Origin: Promethearchaeota archaeon
GTDB taxonomy: Archaea; Asgardarchaeota; Lokiarchaeia; Sigyniarchaeales; Sigyniarchaeaceae
Assembly: GCA_041305945.1 (NCBI GenBank)
Contig: JBGLND010000001.1
Location: forward strand, 3,216,218 to 3,280,217
Direction: 5' to 3'
DNA: 64,000 nucleotides
Made by a program: the position numbers and the translations under genes. Of this stretch, positions 19,201 to 28,650 are shown in pieces. The notes under the pieces were generated by a model. It did no database searches. It was not told where the DNA came from and worked only from the letters and a program-made list of their open reading frames with translations. Within the stretch, counting starts at the first letter, position 1, and each line of letters begins with the position of its first letter.

Positions 19201-19404
19201 ATTGCCAAGGTCTTCAAGGTACTCGGGAGCCGGCCGGTTCGTGAACCGCCGGTAACGGGTCCCGTGCCCGCGCGACCCTCGTCTCCCGACCTTGAAATGC
19301 CCGCGGTTGCCTCGTCACGCCCGCCAGGCCCCGCTTTCCCCTCGCCGATTACAGGTCAAAATAACAGAAATAATCCATCGAAGCAAAGGATACAAGTGGC
19401 TTGA
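16207..19404 (+). CDS. Large (1066 aa) uncharacterised cytoplasmic protein, predicted all-alpha, with a Pro-rich disordered C-terminal tail
   Basis: The ORF is long and uninterrupted, with no TM segment and no recognisable catalytic or nucleotide-binding motif. It is rich in K/E/F/N/Y and its codons are visibly more A/T-rich than neighbouring genes. The tail is PVREPPVTGPVPARPSSPDLEMPAVASSRPPGPAFPSP. The track ORF begins at 16147, and the first ATG in frame is at 16207. Confidence 0.65.
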   Translation: MRFEQVIFLNRFLENIKHGLKILHAFNESYLVKKKDEKAIASIARHLSTFKVFPLEGSGKKEPLASLDDPRLFPRKLALPSFLASGLKGTNDMRYLDQDIDALIERINIEFPHKTKLENIKLDVLLKMPKLWTPTLKEKDDHLAFINYITVIARVRYYRENDPVQWNRLLGQLQLKVEGSNDFKPLNLLVPVFIRNNFKAWWNRLTGSFAQQEDFTFGHHDEAFYGKVTSTQIDGMMEGNESACQVFDNNYFMTLMISYLKSKESTWQGEDVIKHFAKNLYNVLQENERGKKPDRTVQRDHVSTLLDLLVSRTRDHNPALFQKYYLNARTNFFRYILDTNEYIDQDNDFIISIRHLMKNAVLSEPFNDELIDAFISSKFKQVNDLFTIERVAEKFKNVQINKSTLVEMSAFLEEFNAYLTSLGLQDGLALLKGHAPGGGKPAAGQLSGFEALKRDMQVVLKVSDDDARNSPFSFQQVFSKKGQKDPRLSGIEEIHEFVPGFIYWETLLSKFGLQEKQVEPFKAFFEITPLAVDDLLHYLRQTSGNAARKNQEQLFVLAKFLIERFFEAWSSSSLDVAMFPVLKLSESGMVQKQFLSWNGLIDNNVFCTCNQEVIEELGSKLQKKGKPVYLLFDKQHTDEFEKWYGLVNTILETMKGAKIFYLETIQSKIANINDAITQSSRDQLVTLERKNPFFNETIFIRYLLPILQKCSFPHTFKDINILDVDAAFLNNSFVFDYLSETDADMTVEKFDGVVIDIKKEKITTFFEPQVHPHKQAVIIYVSKTFKKSDQKNEYYKFLFRRLFPKQKMEKGAYSQFLEFFNWMDDFDRTFFEDTADPGAIEAGILDYVYQRNTLQLKASKSYEIGKELRAFCDACQETWLELRPSWSASTGARELPAGTVDAWTRWFDLIASHLALDEVGKTKKVELRLDGDGKHVSVEIRYSLGSKDAPFPKTATGKQDYIKAMITAITQHFLDPGNGMRGSIESVFPGAGLLDVKGIAKVFKVLGSRPVREPPVTGPVPARPSSPDLEMPAVASSRPPGPAFPSPITGQNNRNNPSKQRIQVA

Positions 19405-19471
19405 ATAGGCCCGTTCAGCCTTCCTGGTGGATAGAATCGCAGTTCTCGTTGAAAGAAAAAATAAGGTGCAT

Positions 19472-20605
19472 TCAGATATCATCGAGATCGAGGGGCTTGT
19501 CACGGCTCAGGTTATGGAGGGTCGGGTATGCAATCGTGTCCTTGACCGGGAAATACACGGCACGTTCTTGCTGGACGGAGTTCAATATCGCCCTCAACAC
19601 TTCAACGCTCTTGCGCCCTTCTTCCCCGGGCACCATGGGATCGACGTCGTTGGTGATCGAGTCCAGGAAGTTCTCGAGCAGGTTGTGGCGCTTGGGCACC
19701 ATGAAGGGCACTTCCCAGTCTTCCTCGCTCTTGTACCGCGTGTCGGTGGTGATGGACATGCCGTACGCCCCGTCCGCGGCCACGTAACCTTTCTCCCCTT
19801 GCACGACAATGGTATCCTTGGGGGCCTTCTTGTTGGACGTCGCGAACATCATCGTCCCGATCGCCCCGCTCTGCGTCGTGAACGAGGCCATGACCGTGTC
19901 CTCCACCTCGATGAGGGCATGTTCCTTGGCGATGGTCGCCGCGTGCGCGGACAGGCTCTTGAACGGGCCAACGATCCACTGGAAAATGTCGATGTCGTGC
20001 ACGGCTTGGTTGATCAAGATGCCACCGCCTTCGGTCTCCCAGCGCCCCTTCCACGGGCCAGAGGCAACGCCCGTCGCGGGGTCCACCGGGGTCGACCCGA
20101 GGTAGTACATGTCACCACGGTAATGCCTCGCCGACATCGAGAAATCCGTGATGCGGCCGAGGTCTCCAAGCTCGCCCTTCGCCCCGCGAGCGGCATCGTA
20201 GAGGTACTTGAAATGCGGCTTGAACCGGAACTGGAACCCGATGCCCAGCTTGATAGCGTTCTTCCTCGCGGCGATGATCATCTGGTCGGCCTGCTGGAGG
20301 TTGATAGCCATCGGTTTTTCCGATAGCACGTTCACGTCGTTTTCAGCGCATATGATGGTGTACGGCGCGTGCAAGTAGTGCGGCGTCGCGATGACGACGA
20401 AATCAAGCGATTCGCTTTTCAGCATATCATGCACGCTGCGGTACACGTTAGGCTTTCCAGCCCGTTCCGATATCGCCCTCGCGCGTTTTTCATCGATGTC
20501 GCACAGCGCGACCAGCTCCACTTCCTTGTGCGCGTGCAGGTCTCTAGCCCAACCGCTACCCCTGCCACCCGTGCCGATGACGGCACCCTTGTAAGTTTTT
20601 CCCAT
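19472..20605 (-). CDS. Gfo/Idh/MocA family oxidoreductase
   Basis: It has MGKTYKGAVIGTGGRGSGWARD (Rossmann), the EKP motif and a C-terminal alpha/beta domain. The track ORF extends to 20683. Confidence 0.8.
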   Translation of the reverse strand: MGKTYKGAVIGTGGRGSGWARDLHAHKEVELVALCDIDEKRARAISERAGKPNVYRSVHDMLKSESLDFVVIATPHYLHAPYTIICAENDVNVLSEKPMAINLQQADQMIIAARKNAIKLGIGFQFRFKPHFKYLYDAARGAKGELGDLGRITDFSMSARHYRGDMYYLGSTPVDPATGVASGPWKGRWETEGGGILINQAVHDIDIFQWIVGPFKSLSAHAATIAKEHALIEVEDTVMASFTTQSGAIGTMMFATSNKKAPKDTIVVQGEKGYVAADGAYGMSITTDTRYKSEEDWEVPFMVPKRHNLLENFLDSITNDVDPMVPGEEGRKSVEVLRAILNSVQQERAVYFPVKDTIAYPTLHNLSRDKPLDLDDI

Positions 20606-20717
20606 AGTAGAATCAACATGGCTTGCTATTCGTGATGAACTATCGCGCGGCCGGGATAAAAAAAAATGCACACCCACATCCAACGGGTTTTTTACCGCGC
20701 GGAGTAACCCGTATCAC

Positions 20718-21542
20718 ATGAATATTATTGTCGATCGCACGGCATGCACGAAATGCGGGCTATGCATGAAGATGTGCAAGTGGCTCGCGCCGGACGGGGA
20801 CGGATTTCCGTATAATACAAGCGAACGGGGGTGCATCGATTGTGGCCACTGCGTGGCTTTGTGCCCGACTGCTGCCATCACGAACACGAGAATGGATGCA
20901 TCGGGATTTGTTGACGTGATCGAACCTAACATCACGATCGACGCTTTCACGAACTTGACACGCAACAGGCGCAGCATCCGGCGGTACAAGGCAGATGCCT
21001 TGAAAAAGGAACACCTCGACAAGCTCTTGAATTGCGTCCGGTACATCCCGACAGGCTCGAATAAGCAAGGCTTGGAATACCACGTCATCACGGATCCCCG
21101 CACGTTGCAAGACATCAAGACCTTCATGAGCAGGAAATTCAAGACAACGGCTAAACTCGCGAACATGTTCAGTGCATTCGTCGCGAAAGAGGACCGGATT
21201 CGCTTGCAACAGCAAGTGGACATCTGGAATTCCGGCGAGGACGTGTTCTTGCGTGACGCGCCGTGCCTTCTCGTCATCCATTCCCCGGAAAATTATTTTG
21301 GCATCACGAGCTGGGACGCGGGCATCGCCAGCCACAACATTGACCTCGCGGCGCAAACGCTGGGCGTCGCGACAATGCTGAACGGCTTCTACGTGACGGT
21401 ATGCCGGGTCTTCAAGAAACTCAAGGCGATTTCAGGATTGCCGAAAAAAACCAACGTGCTCGCGGCCATGCTGCTGGGATACCCCGATATCAAGTACAAG
21501 CGCGCGGTGTACCGGAAGCCGCTTAATATCACGTATTTATAG
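20718..21542 (+). CDS. 2x[4Fe-4S] ferredoxin-domain/nitroreductase-family fusion protein (paralog of 15271..16077)
   Basis: It has CTKCGLCMKMC and CIDCGHCVALCP, then RRSIRRYK and a nitroreductase core. Confidence 0.8.
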   Translation: MNIIVDRTACTKCGLCMKMCKWLAPDGDGFPYNTSERGCIDCGHCVALCPTAAITNTRMDASGFVDVIEPNITIDAFTNLTRNRRSIRRYKADALKKEHLDKLLNCVRYIPTGSNKQGLEYHVITDPRTLQDIKTFMSRKFKTTAKLANMFSAFVAKEDRIRLQQQVDIWNSGEDVFLRDAPCLLVIHSPENYFGITSWDAGIASHNIDLAAQTLGVATMLNGFYVTVCRVFKKLKAISGLPKKTNVLAAMLLGYPDIKYKRAVYRKPLNITYL

Positions 21543-21555
21543 CGTCTCCGGGCCT

Positions 21556-22380
21556 TCACATGAACCGGAACATGCGGTACTCGAGAAACGTGGCGAGAAT
21601 GACGACAAGAATGGCAATGACAAGCGTGCGACTCCGCGTGCCGGCAGCAATCAAGCTTCCAATGAAATAGACGGTTGCCATCAAGGCCGGGATGCCTATC
21701 AAGACAAGATAATTAATGGACACTGGAATGCCAGGGTACATGATCACCGGGACGAAAACAAGCACGAGACCCACGCTGGCGAGCCGCCATGCAAGGATGA
21801 TGCCGGAATTCTTGCAGAGGCTGGAAAACGGGTGGCTGGTGGCCCCGCGTGATTCCGGGAACGCCGGCACGAGGCTCCTGAACACGAGGTCGGCGGCGAA
21901 GTTCATGAAGAAGACCACCGTGTAGGACAGGAACGTCGCGTTGAAAACGGTCATGCCCGGGTGCTTGATTACACTGGCACAAGCCATGTAGCCGATGGAG
22001 AAGAATGCCGTTGATGCAGCAATCGATACCATCCCGGCAGCCCAGTTGCGTGCACCGGTTCCTTCCAACCACGTGTTGATGGCCGGGAGGCAGCCCTGCC
22101 GGCGGGCGTGGATGGCATGCATCGCCGCGAGGGCAGCAAGCACGGCAGCCGGGAAGAGCAGCAAGTATCCCCACATCACCGACGTGATATTCCAAAGGAC
22201 CAATAACCCTATAACGAACGCTATCGCAAGCGTGCTTCCCAGCACCACGAGCATGTATCGCCGGTCAGGCGTGGGTGGAGGGGTAGACACGATCGGGGAA
22301 GAAGCCCCGCGAAGCAACGTGAAGAGCAGCAAGAACAGCACGACGGCCGCCGCCACGAGCCACCATCCCGCGCCGTCCAT
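21556..22380 (-). CDS. Hypothetical polytopic membrane protein
   Basis: It has about 7 hydrophobic helices. The start is uncertain because the ORF can extend to 22554. Confidence 0.45.
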   Translation of the reverse strand: MDGAGWWLVAAAVVLFLLLFTLLRGASSPIVSTPPPTPDRRYMLVVLGSTLAIAFVIGLLVLWNITSVMWGYLLLFPAAVLAALAAMHAIHARRQGCLPAINTWLEGTGARNWAAGMVSIAASTAFFSIGYMACASVIKHPGMTVFNATFLSYTVVFFMNFAADLVFRSLVPAFPESRGATSHPFSSLCKNSGIILAWRLASVGLVLVFVPVIMYPGIPVSINYLVLIGIPALMATVYFIGSLIAAGTRSRTLVIAILVVILATFLEYRMFRFM

Positions 22381-22499
22381 TGAACCGGATGGAGCGTCGT
22401 GGATGGTGATTGCGGCGGCTCGTGCCCTTGAAACCATGGAACGCATCATCCGGGTCGCGGAAGCCCAAATACCACCCCGGAACCCTGACGACTTCGATT

Positions 22500-22933
22500 C
22501 CAGCGAGGAGAGCATCGCGGAGATCATCGGCCACCTCACGCACTCGGCGAGCAAGGAGTTCTACGACTTCGACACCAAGAAGGAAGAGATCACGAACGTG
22601 AAAATCCTCGTGCTCACGCGGAGCGGGCTATCCGCGCGCATGGTGTCGAAATACAGGCCGTTACTCCCGATCATCGCGGTGACGTCCCAAGAAACAACCG
22701 CGCGGGAAATGCGCTTGATCTGGGGCGTTGAACCGCTCATGATCCAGGGCATCGATGATGAGTGGAACACGTTCGTGAAGATACAAAAAAGCGTCCGCGT
22801 CGCGGTCGATCGCAACATGCTAGAACCCACGGACAAAATCATCACGGTGGGCAACATGAATTACCTCCCCGCGAGGACGAACATGATCTCCATCTTCAAG
22901 GTAAGCGATATCATCGCTTCCGAAGGTAAATGA
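22500..22933 (+). pseudogene. Pyruvate kinase C-terminal alpha/beta domain fragment
   Basis: VKILVLTRSGLSARMVSKYRPLLPIIAVTSQETTAREMRLIWGVEPL matches the PK C-terminal domain (compare ILVLTESGRSARLVSKYRP..PIIAVT). The upstream part of the track ORF 21995..22933 is antisense to the membrane protein. No TIM-barrel catalytic domain is present. Confidence 0.55.
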
Positions 22934-22939
22934 ATTGGA

Positions 22940-23980
22940 GTGGCAACCACCGTGTTTTCCCGAGAGGATGCAGAGATATTACCGTGGGTCGAGAAGTACC
23001 GGCCCCGATCCGTTTTTTCCGAGGATTTCATCAACCAAGAGCTGATCATCAATAACCTCCAGTTCTACGCGTCGAATCCCGCGAGCAACATGCCCCACCT
23101 CATTTTTTCTGGTCCACCGGGGACAGGAAAAACCACCGCTGCTCTCGCCCTCGCCCGCGACATCTTGAAGGAGAATTTCAGGCTGGACACGGTGCTGGAA
23201 TTGAACGCGAGCGACGAGCGCGGGATCGACGTCATCCGGGGGAAGGTGAAGGATTTTTCCACGACCATGGAAATATCCGCGGTGCAGTTCAAGATCGTCA
23301 TACTGGACGAGGCGGATAGCATCACGAGGGATGCACAAGCTGCGCTTCGCAGGACGATGGAAACCACGAGCAACAAAGTTCGCTTCATCCTCATGTGCAA
23401 TTATGCGGACGAGATCATAGACCCGATCAAGTCCCGTTGCGCGATCATGCGGTTCAAGCCGTTGCCCCCGTCCCACGTCAAGCATTACATCCACCGCATC
23501 ATGGAACGTGAGAAGATTACGATATCCGAGCCGTGCGTGGACGCCGTTATCATGGCAGGGATGGGCGACATGCGGAAGACCATCAACGTGCTCCAGATGG
23601 CCTTGTCCGTGGTGGAATCGAGCGATGACCTCATGCCCGGCATCGTCTTCGATCTCGAAGGCTTCGCCCCGCCCGAGAAGATATCGGAGTTTTACAACTT
23701 GGTAACTGCTAAAGATGTCAAGGCAAGGGAAAACGCGGGCACGCTAGGAAAGGTGATGCGCTTGCTTGAAAGCTTCAAAGGCGTCTCGAGCAAGAACGTG
23801 ATCCTTCAAATGTACACCAAGTTCATGGAACATAAAGCGAGCATGAACCAAGCCTTGCTTGCACGCGTGATCGATATTCTTGCCACGATCGACCACCGGA
23901 TCACGAATAAAGCTACCGATTCGATTCAATACTCAACGCTGGGAGCGGAGGTCTGGCAAGCATTCAAGGACCTGGCGTGA
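22940..23980 (+). CDS. rfcS: Replication factor C small subunit
   Basis: It has LPWVEKYRP, Walker A GPPGTGKTT, Walker B ILDEADS, the SRC motif (KSRCAIMRF) and sensor 2. Confidence 0.9.
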   Translation: MATTVFSREDAEILPWVEKYRPRSVFSEDFINQELIINNLQFYASNPASNMPHLIFSGPPGTGKTTAALALARDILKENFRLDTVLELNASDERGIDVIRGKVKDFSTTMEISAVQFKIVILDEADSITRDAQAALRRTMETTSNKVRFILMCNYADEIIDPIKSRCAIMRFKPLPPSHVKHYIHRIMEREKITISEPCVDAVIMAGMGDMRKTINVLQMALSVVESSDDLMPGIVFDLEGFAPPEKISEFYNLVTAKDVKARENAGTLGKVMRLLESFKGVSSKNVILQMYTKFMEHKASMNQALLARVIDILATIDHRITNKATDSIQYSTLGAEVWQAFKDLA

Positions 23981-23999
23981 CCAAGGAGCGACATGCAAG

Positions 24000-25073
24000 A
24001 TGATGACCAGCGAACGTAAAACCGGGCCATTGAACGAACTTTTCTCGGTCAAGTACACGCCGCACCACCTTTCAGAGATCACCGGCCACGAGGACATCGT
24101 CCAACGGCTGACGAGCATGGTTTCGACCAAGAAGGTGAGCCACGTCCTCATCGCGGGGCCGGATGGTTGCGGGAAATTGACGCTTGCAAAGTGCATGGCC
24201 CGCGACTTGTTCGAGGCGGACTACGCGGCGAGCGTGAACATCGTGCACGTTGCCAACCCCTTGACGCAAGAGGAACGCAAGCTAGCGGACAGCGAATCGA
24301 GAATCAGCTCCACCCGGATCGGGAGCATCGCGGGCCAGACGCTCATCATGCCGAAATTCATCCAAGCACGGATCAAGCCCGTTGTGGAGTTACGCGCGAT
24401 GAACGAGCTGGGCTTCAAGCTGATCATCGTGACGGATTTCGAGATGCTGAACCAAGACCAGCAAGGGTTCAGGAGGTTGATGGAAACCTATGGCACGAAT
24501 TGCAGGTTCGTCTTGACCACGACGCAGATATCGAGCGTCATCGACCCGATAGCATCACGGTGCCAAGTGTTGCTCGTGAGCCCCGTCACGCGGGGGCAAT
24601 TCTTCACGGAGGTCTCCAAGGTCGGCAAGCTCGAGGGGACCAAGGTCACCTACACGTTCGCCAACTCGCTGTATTACGTCACGAAGGGGAACATCGGGAA
24701 GGCACTCAACATCATACAAGTCCTCGCACTGAGGGGACTGGAACTCACCGAGGATAACTTGTTCGAGATCATCCGGGACCTTGAAAGCAAGGAACTGTTG
24801 AGGTTTCTCGAGTCGTGCATCAACGCGAATTTCATGCAAGCTCGCGAGCTCTATTACACGATCAAGAACAAGAACGCGTTCAACTTTTCTCAATTCCTCG
24901 AATCATTCAGGAAGGCAGTGCTCCACGCGCCGGTCTCGCAAGTCATGAAGGCTTGCGTGCTGGACTCCATCGGCGAGGTCGACGCGCGGGCAACTACGCA
25001 GGCCAGCGATGACGTGCACGTGGCAAGCTTGATCTTTAAAATATCGACCAGCATCGCGGAAAACTCGACGTGA
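24000..25073 (+). CDS. RFC small-subunit paralog with degenerate ATPase motifs (RfcS2-like)
   Basis: It has the RFC box LFSVKYTPHHLSEITGHED. Walker A is degenerate (GPDGCGKLT), Walker B is DFEM instead of DEAD, and an SRC-like ASRCQVL is present. The track ORF starts at 23880 and the first ATG pair is at 24000. Confidence 0.7.
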   Translation: MMTSERKTGPLNELFSVKYTPHHLSEITGHEDIVQRLTSMVSTKKVSHVLIAGPDGCGKLTLAKCMARDLFEADYAASVNIVHVANPLTQEERKLADSESRISSTRIGSIAGQTLIMPKFIQARIKPVVELRAMNELGFKLIIVTDFEMLNQDQQGFRRLMETYGTNCRFVLTTTQISSVIDPIASRCQVLLVSPVTRGQFFTEVSKVGKLEGTKVTYTFANSLYYVTKGNIGKALNIIQVLALRGLELTEDNLFEIIRDLESKELLRFLESCINANFMQARELYYTIKNKNAFNFSQFLESFRKAVLHAPVSQVMKACVLDSIGEVDARATTQASDDVHVASLIFKISTSIAENST

Positions 25074-25507
25074 AGACCATGGACGCTGAAAAAAAGGGAC
25101 AGAATAAGGGAAAACGGGAGCTACCGTGGGTGGAAAAATACCGGCCAAAACACATGAACGAGATGGTCGGTGTTGACTCGAAGCGAAAGGAGCTTACCGA
25201 GTTCCTGGACGCGTTCCCGAAGACCCGCGCGGCCGTCTTGATCGGGCCGCCCGGCGTTGGGAAGACGACCATGGTTTACGCTGTTGCCGCGGACAAGAAT
25301 CGCGATATCATAGAGATGAACGCGTCCGATGCCAGGAACTCCGACCAGATCAAGAAGAAAGTCCAAGAGTCCACGAGGACACGGTCGATCACGGACTTCA
25401 TGGGCATAACGAAGGGAAAGGTCATCCTCATCGACGAGGTCGATGGCATCAGCGGGAACGAGGACAAGGGCGGGATACAAACCCTCGTGGACATCATCGT
25501 TCCGTAA
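25070..25507 (+). pseudogene. rfcL: Replication factor C large subunit, N-terminal 145 aa only
   Basis: LPWVEKYRPKHMNEMVG, Walker A GPPGVGKTT, Walker B ILIDEVDGISGNED and GGIQTL are followed immediately by a stop. The expected C-terminal ~300 aa are absent. Confidence 0.7.
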
Positions 25508-27233
25508 AGCGATCGGGCGCGATGTGCTTGGTAATAAACCCGCCTCTGGAACCGAAATTCTTGTCGAGCTTGGCATGGGGTGCATCAACCCGAAGAAACC
25601 CAACATCCTCATGATCGGGCACAATGCTGCCCCCGGCGTGGAGATGGTCGATTATGTCCGTGAGCACGGGCTGGACGACGCGGTCGATATCTCCGCGATC
25701 TGCTGCACCGCCATCGATCTCACGAGGTACTGGGACCGCGTGAAGGTCGTCGGTTCGATGTCCAGGCAGATGCGCTTCATCCGGTCGGGTATTCCTGACG
25801 TCGTGATGGTTGATGAGCAATGCGTGCGATGCGACAACATCTGGGAAGCCAAGAAAATAAAGGCTGCGTTCATCGCGACGAACGAGAAGAACATGATGGG
25901 ATTGCCAGACCGTACGCACGATGACGAGAACAAGATCATTGACGACCTGGTGAATTTGAAGGTGGATGGTGTCTTGATTCTCGATCCCGCAAAGGCCGGA
26001 CGAATTGCCGTCAAGGTAGCGATGGCGATCCATCCAAAACGTGCGGATGTCAACATCATTCCGAAGGCCGATGATATTATCGAAATGGCAAGCAGGTGCA
26101 CGTTCTGCGAGAATTGCTCCCGTGCATGCCCTAACGACCTCCCTCTAGCCGAAGCCGTGCAAGCAGCAGCAAAAGGAGACTTCTCTATGCTTAGAGCCTT
26201 GGAACCCGAATGTCTCAACTGTGGCCGTTGTGAAAAAGAATGTGCAAAGAACGTCAGTCCGGTCTTGCTTATACAATCGGCAACAATGGATAGGCTCGTG
26301 GAGGAGAAATACAAGATGCGCGCGGGCCGGGGTCCTGTCACGGACGTTGAGATCCGGAACATCGGTGCCCCCGTCGTGCTCGGGGAAATACCCGGCGTCA
26401 TAGCAATCGTCGGGTGCGCGAACTACCCATCAGATATCAACGAGGTCGCTTACGTCGCCGATGAATTTTGCAGGCGCGGGTACATCGTGCTCACGACCGG
26501 GTGCGAGGCCATGGATATCGCGCTTTATAGGGATCCCGAAACCGGCCAGACGCTATATGAGAAGTACAGCGGGGTCGTCGAGCGCGGCTGCTTGGTCAAC
26601 ATCGGTTCTTGCGTCTCGAACGGCCACATCACCGGGTGCGCAGCGAAGGTGGCTAACATCTTCGCGCGGAGACCGCTGCGCGGGAACTTCGAGGAGATCG
26701 CGGACTATATCTTGCACCGAGTTGGTGCGGTCGGCCTCTCGTGGGGTGCCATGAGCCAGAAGGCAGCATCCATTGCCACGGGTGTCAACGTCATCGGCAT
26801 CCCCGTCGTGGTCGGCCCGCACGGTGCCGAGTACCGGCGGCAATATCTCGGCAGGACCGACGACCCGTCCAGGTGGAAGGTCTGGAACATGCGCGACGGC
26901 ACGGAGCACGTTGCAGATCCATGCCCCGAGCACTTGATCTTCGCTGCGGAATCCAAGGAAGAGGCCATCGTAGCCATGGCGAAGCTTTGCCTGCGCCCGG
27001 CAGACTCGACGAAGGGTCGCAGCATCAAGATTTCGAACTGGGTCGATCTCCACAAAAAATACATCGGTGGGCTTCCCCATGACCTCACGACCTATATCCG
27101 GGTCGAGGCAGATATCCCAATCACCATCAAGGACGAGGTCATGGGAATGCTCAAAGCAGAAAACTGGCAACCCAAGGAAATCATCGACCCGACCATGGTC
27201 GAGCGACTCGGCATTGCCCGGGCGAAGAAATAA
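25443..27233 (+). pseudogene. cdhA: Ni-CODH catalytic subunit, archaeal CdhA type (CODH/ACS alpha), lacking the N-terminal ~250-300 aa
   Basis: It has C-cluster region motifs (ILMIGHNAAPGVEMVDYV, ICCTAID) and an inserted 2x[4Fe-4S] ferredoxin domain typical of archaeal CdhA (FCENCSRACP, CLNCGRCEKEC). It lacks the N-terminal B/D-cluster cysteine region. It starts out of frame inside the 3-prime end of the rfcL fragment. Confidence 0.6.
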
Positions 27234-27275
27234 AAAAATATCCGTTCAATCCCTTTTTCTTCTTTTTGCATCATT
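27234..27275 (+). terminator. T-rich tract after the cdhA-like ORF
   Basis: The sequence is taaaaaaatatccgttcaatccctttttcttctttttgc. Oligo-T runs follow the stop. Confidence 0.3.
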
Positions 27276-27522
27276 CTCGTGTTTCACCACTGGAGGTCAT
27301 GTGCACGTGGCATGAAAGATTTTAAAAAAAGCAAGTGAAAGGAAAAAAGAGAGGCGGTGCGAGAACGCAAGCTCGCATTTGGGAAGTTATTAGATGGTGT
27401 CTGGATTCCGTTCATTTTCTTGCGGTTCCTTTTCAAATACTTCACAAAATCTAAGCAAGCTATTAATGCCGATCGAGGTCACTAGTGATTAGCTTAGCAC
27501 TATCATCATTCGATCATGGTTA

Positions 27523-28650
27523 GTGAACAAAATGGAAAAGGATCACGTCACGATCATTAACTTCCTGATAGACTCGGCTCGCAAGCATGCTGAAATCGAT
27601 TGCATGCGGTACTTGAAGCGGGGCGAGTACGTCGGCATCACCTGGAGCGAGGTCATGGAGATCACGCGCCTGCTTGCCTTGGGTTTCCAAGCATTGGGAT
27701 TGCCCCACCAAGGCAGGATCGCGTTGATGGCCAAAACCCGGTACGAGTGGCGCTTGGTCGATTACGGCATCATGTTCGCCGGGTGCACCACCGTCACGAT
27801 CTACCCATCCCTCACCGCGGCCCAGGTCGAGTACATCATCAACGACTCGGATTGCACCGTCTTGGTGGTGGACACGCCGTCCAACTTGAAAAAAGCAATC
27901 AAGGCAAAACCAAACTGCCCGAAATTACAGCACGTCATTTCTATCGAGCCCGTGCCAGATGATCTCAAGAGCAAAGAAAACATCATGACCCTTGACGACC
28001 TCATCGGGAAGGGAGAGGGCATCAAGCCGGTGTCGGGCCTTGCACCCGGCGACATCGCGGGGAAACTCGACCGGAAAGAGAAACAACTCAAGAAAGCGTA
28101 CCACAAGGACAGAATCGATGCGCTCCTTGCCGAGTGCCGGGCGCTCGACGCAGAGCTCGTGAAAGCCACGAAGAACCCGTTCATAGAGCGATACATGCAG
28201 GTCAAGGCGGATGACGTTGCGACGATCGTCTACACCTCGGGTACCACGGGCGTGCCAAAGGGTGCCGTGCTCACGCATTACAACATGGCCATCAACGCCG
28301 TGCAAACCGCGCAGGTCATCCCGATAGAGCAACATGACCTCGTCCTGTCGTTCTTGCCCCTCTCGCACGTGCTCGAGCGCCAGGTCGGCCAGTTCCTCGC
28401 GACGTACATCGGATTCACTGTCGCGTTTGCACGGGATACCGATTCGTTGATAGAGAACCTCGACCAGATCAAGCCGACGTTCATCACGAGCGTGCCCCGT
28501 GTCTACGAGAAACTGTACGACCGCATCATTGCCGATGTCGTGGACGAGGAGAAGAAGAAAAAGATATTTGGGGGCTTTGGAACCGGTGCGGTCTTGACGT
28601 CATCCCTTTTCATCGAGTCACGTTGGGTCCTTTCCAATTGTTCCTTGTAG
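27523..28650 (+). pseudogene. Long-chain acyl-CoA synthetase (AMP-binding), N-terminal ~350 aa only
   Basis: It has the AMP-binding motif YTSGTTGVPKGAVLTH. The sequence decays after PRVYEKLYDRII...KKKKIF into a junk tail antisense to the next gene. The C-terminal half is missing. Confidence 0.65.
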
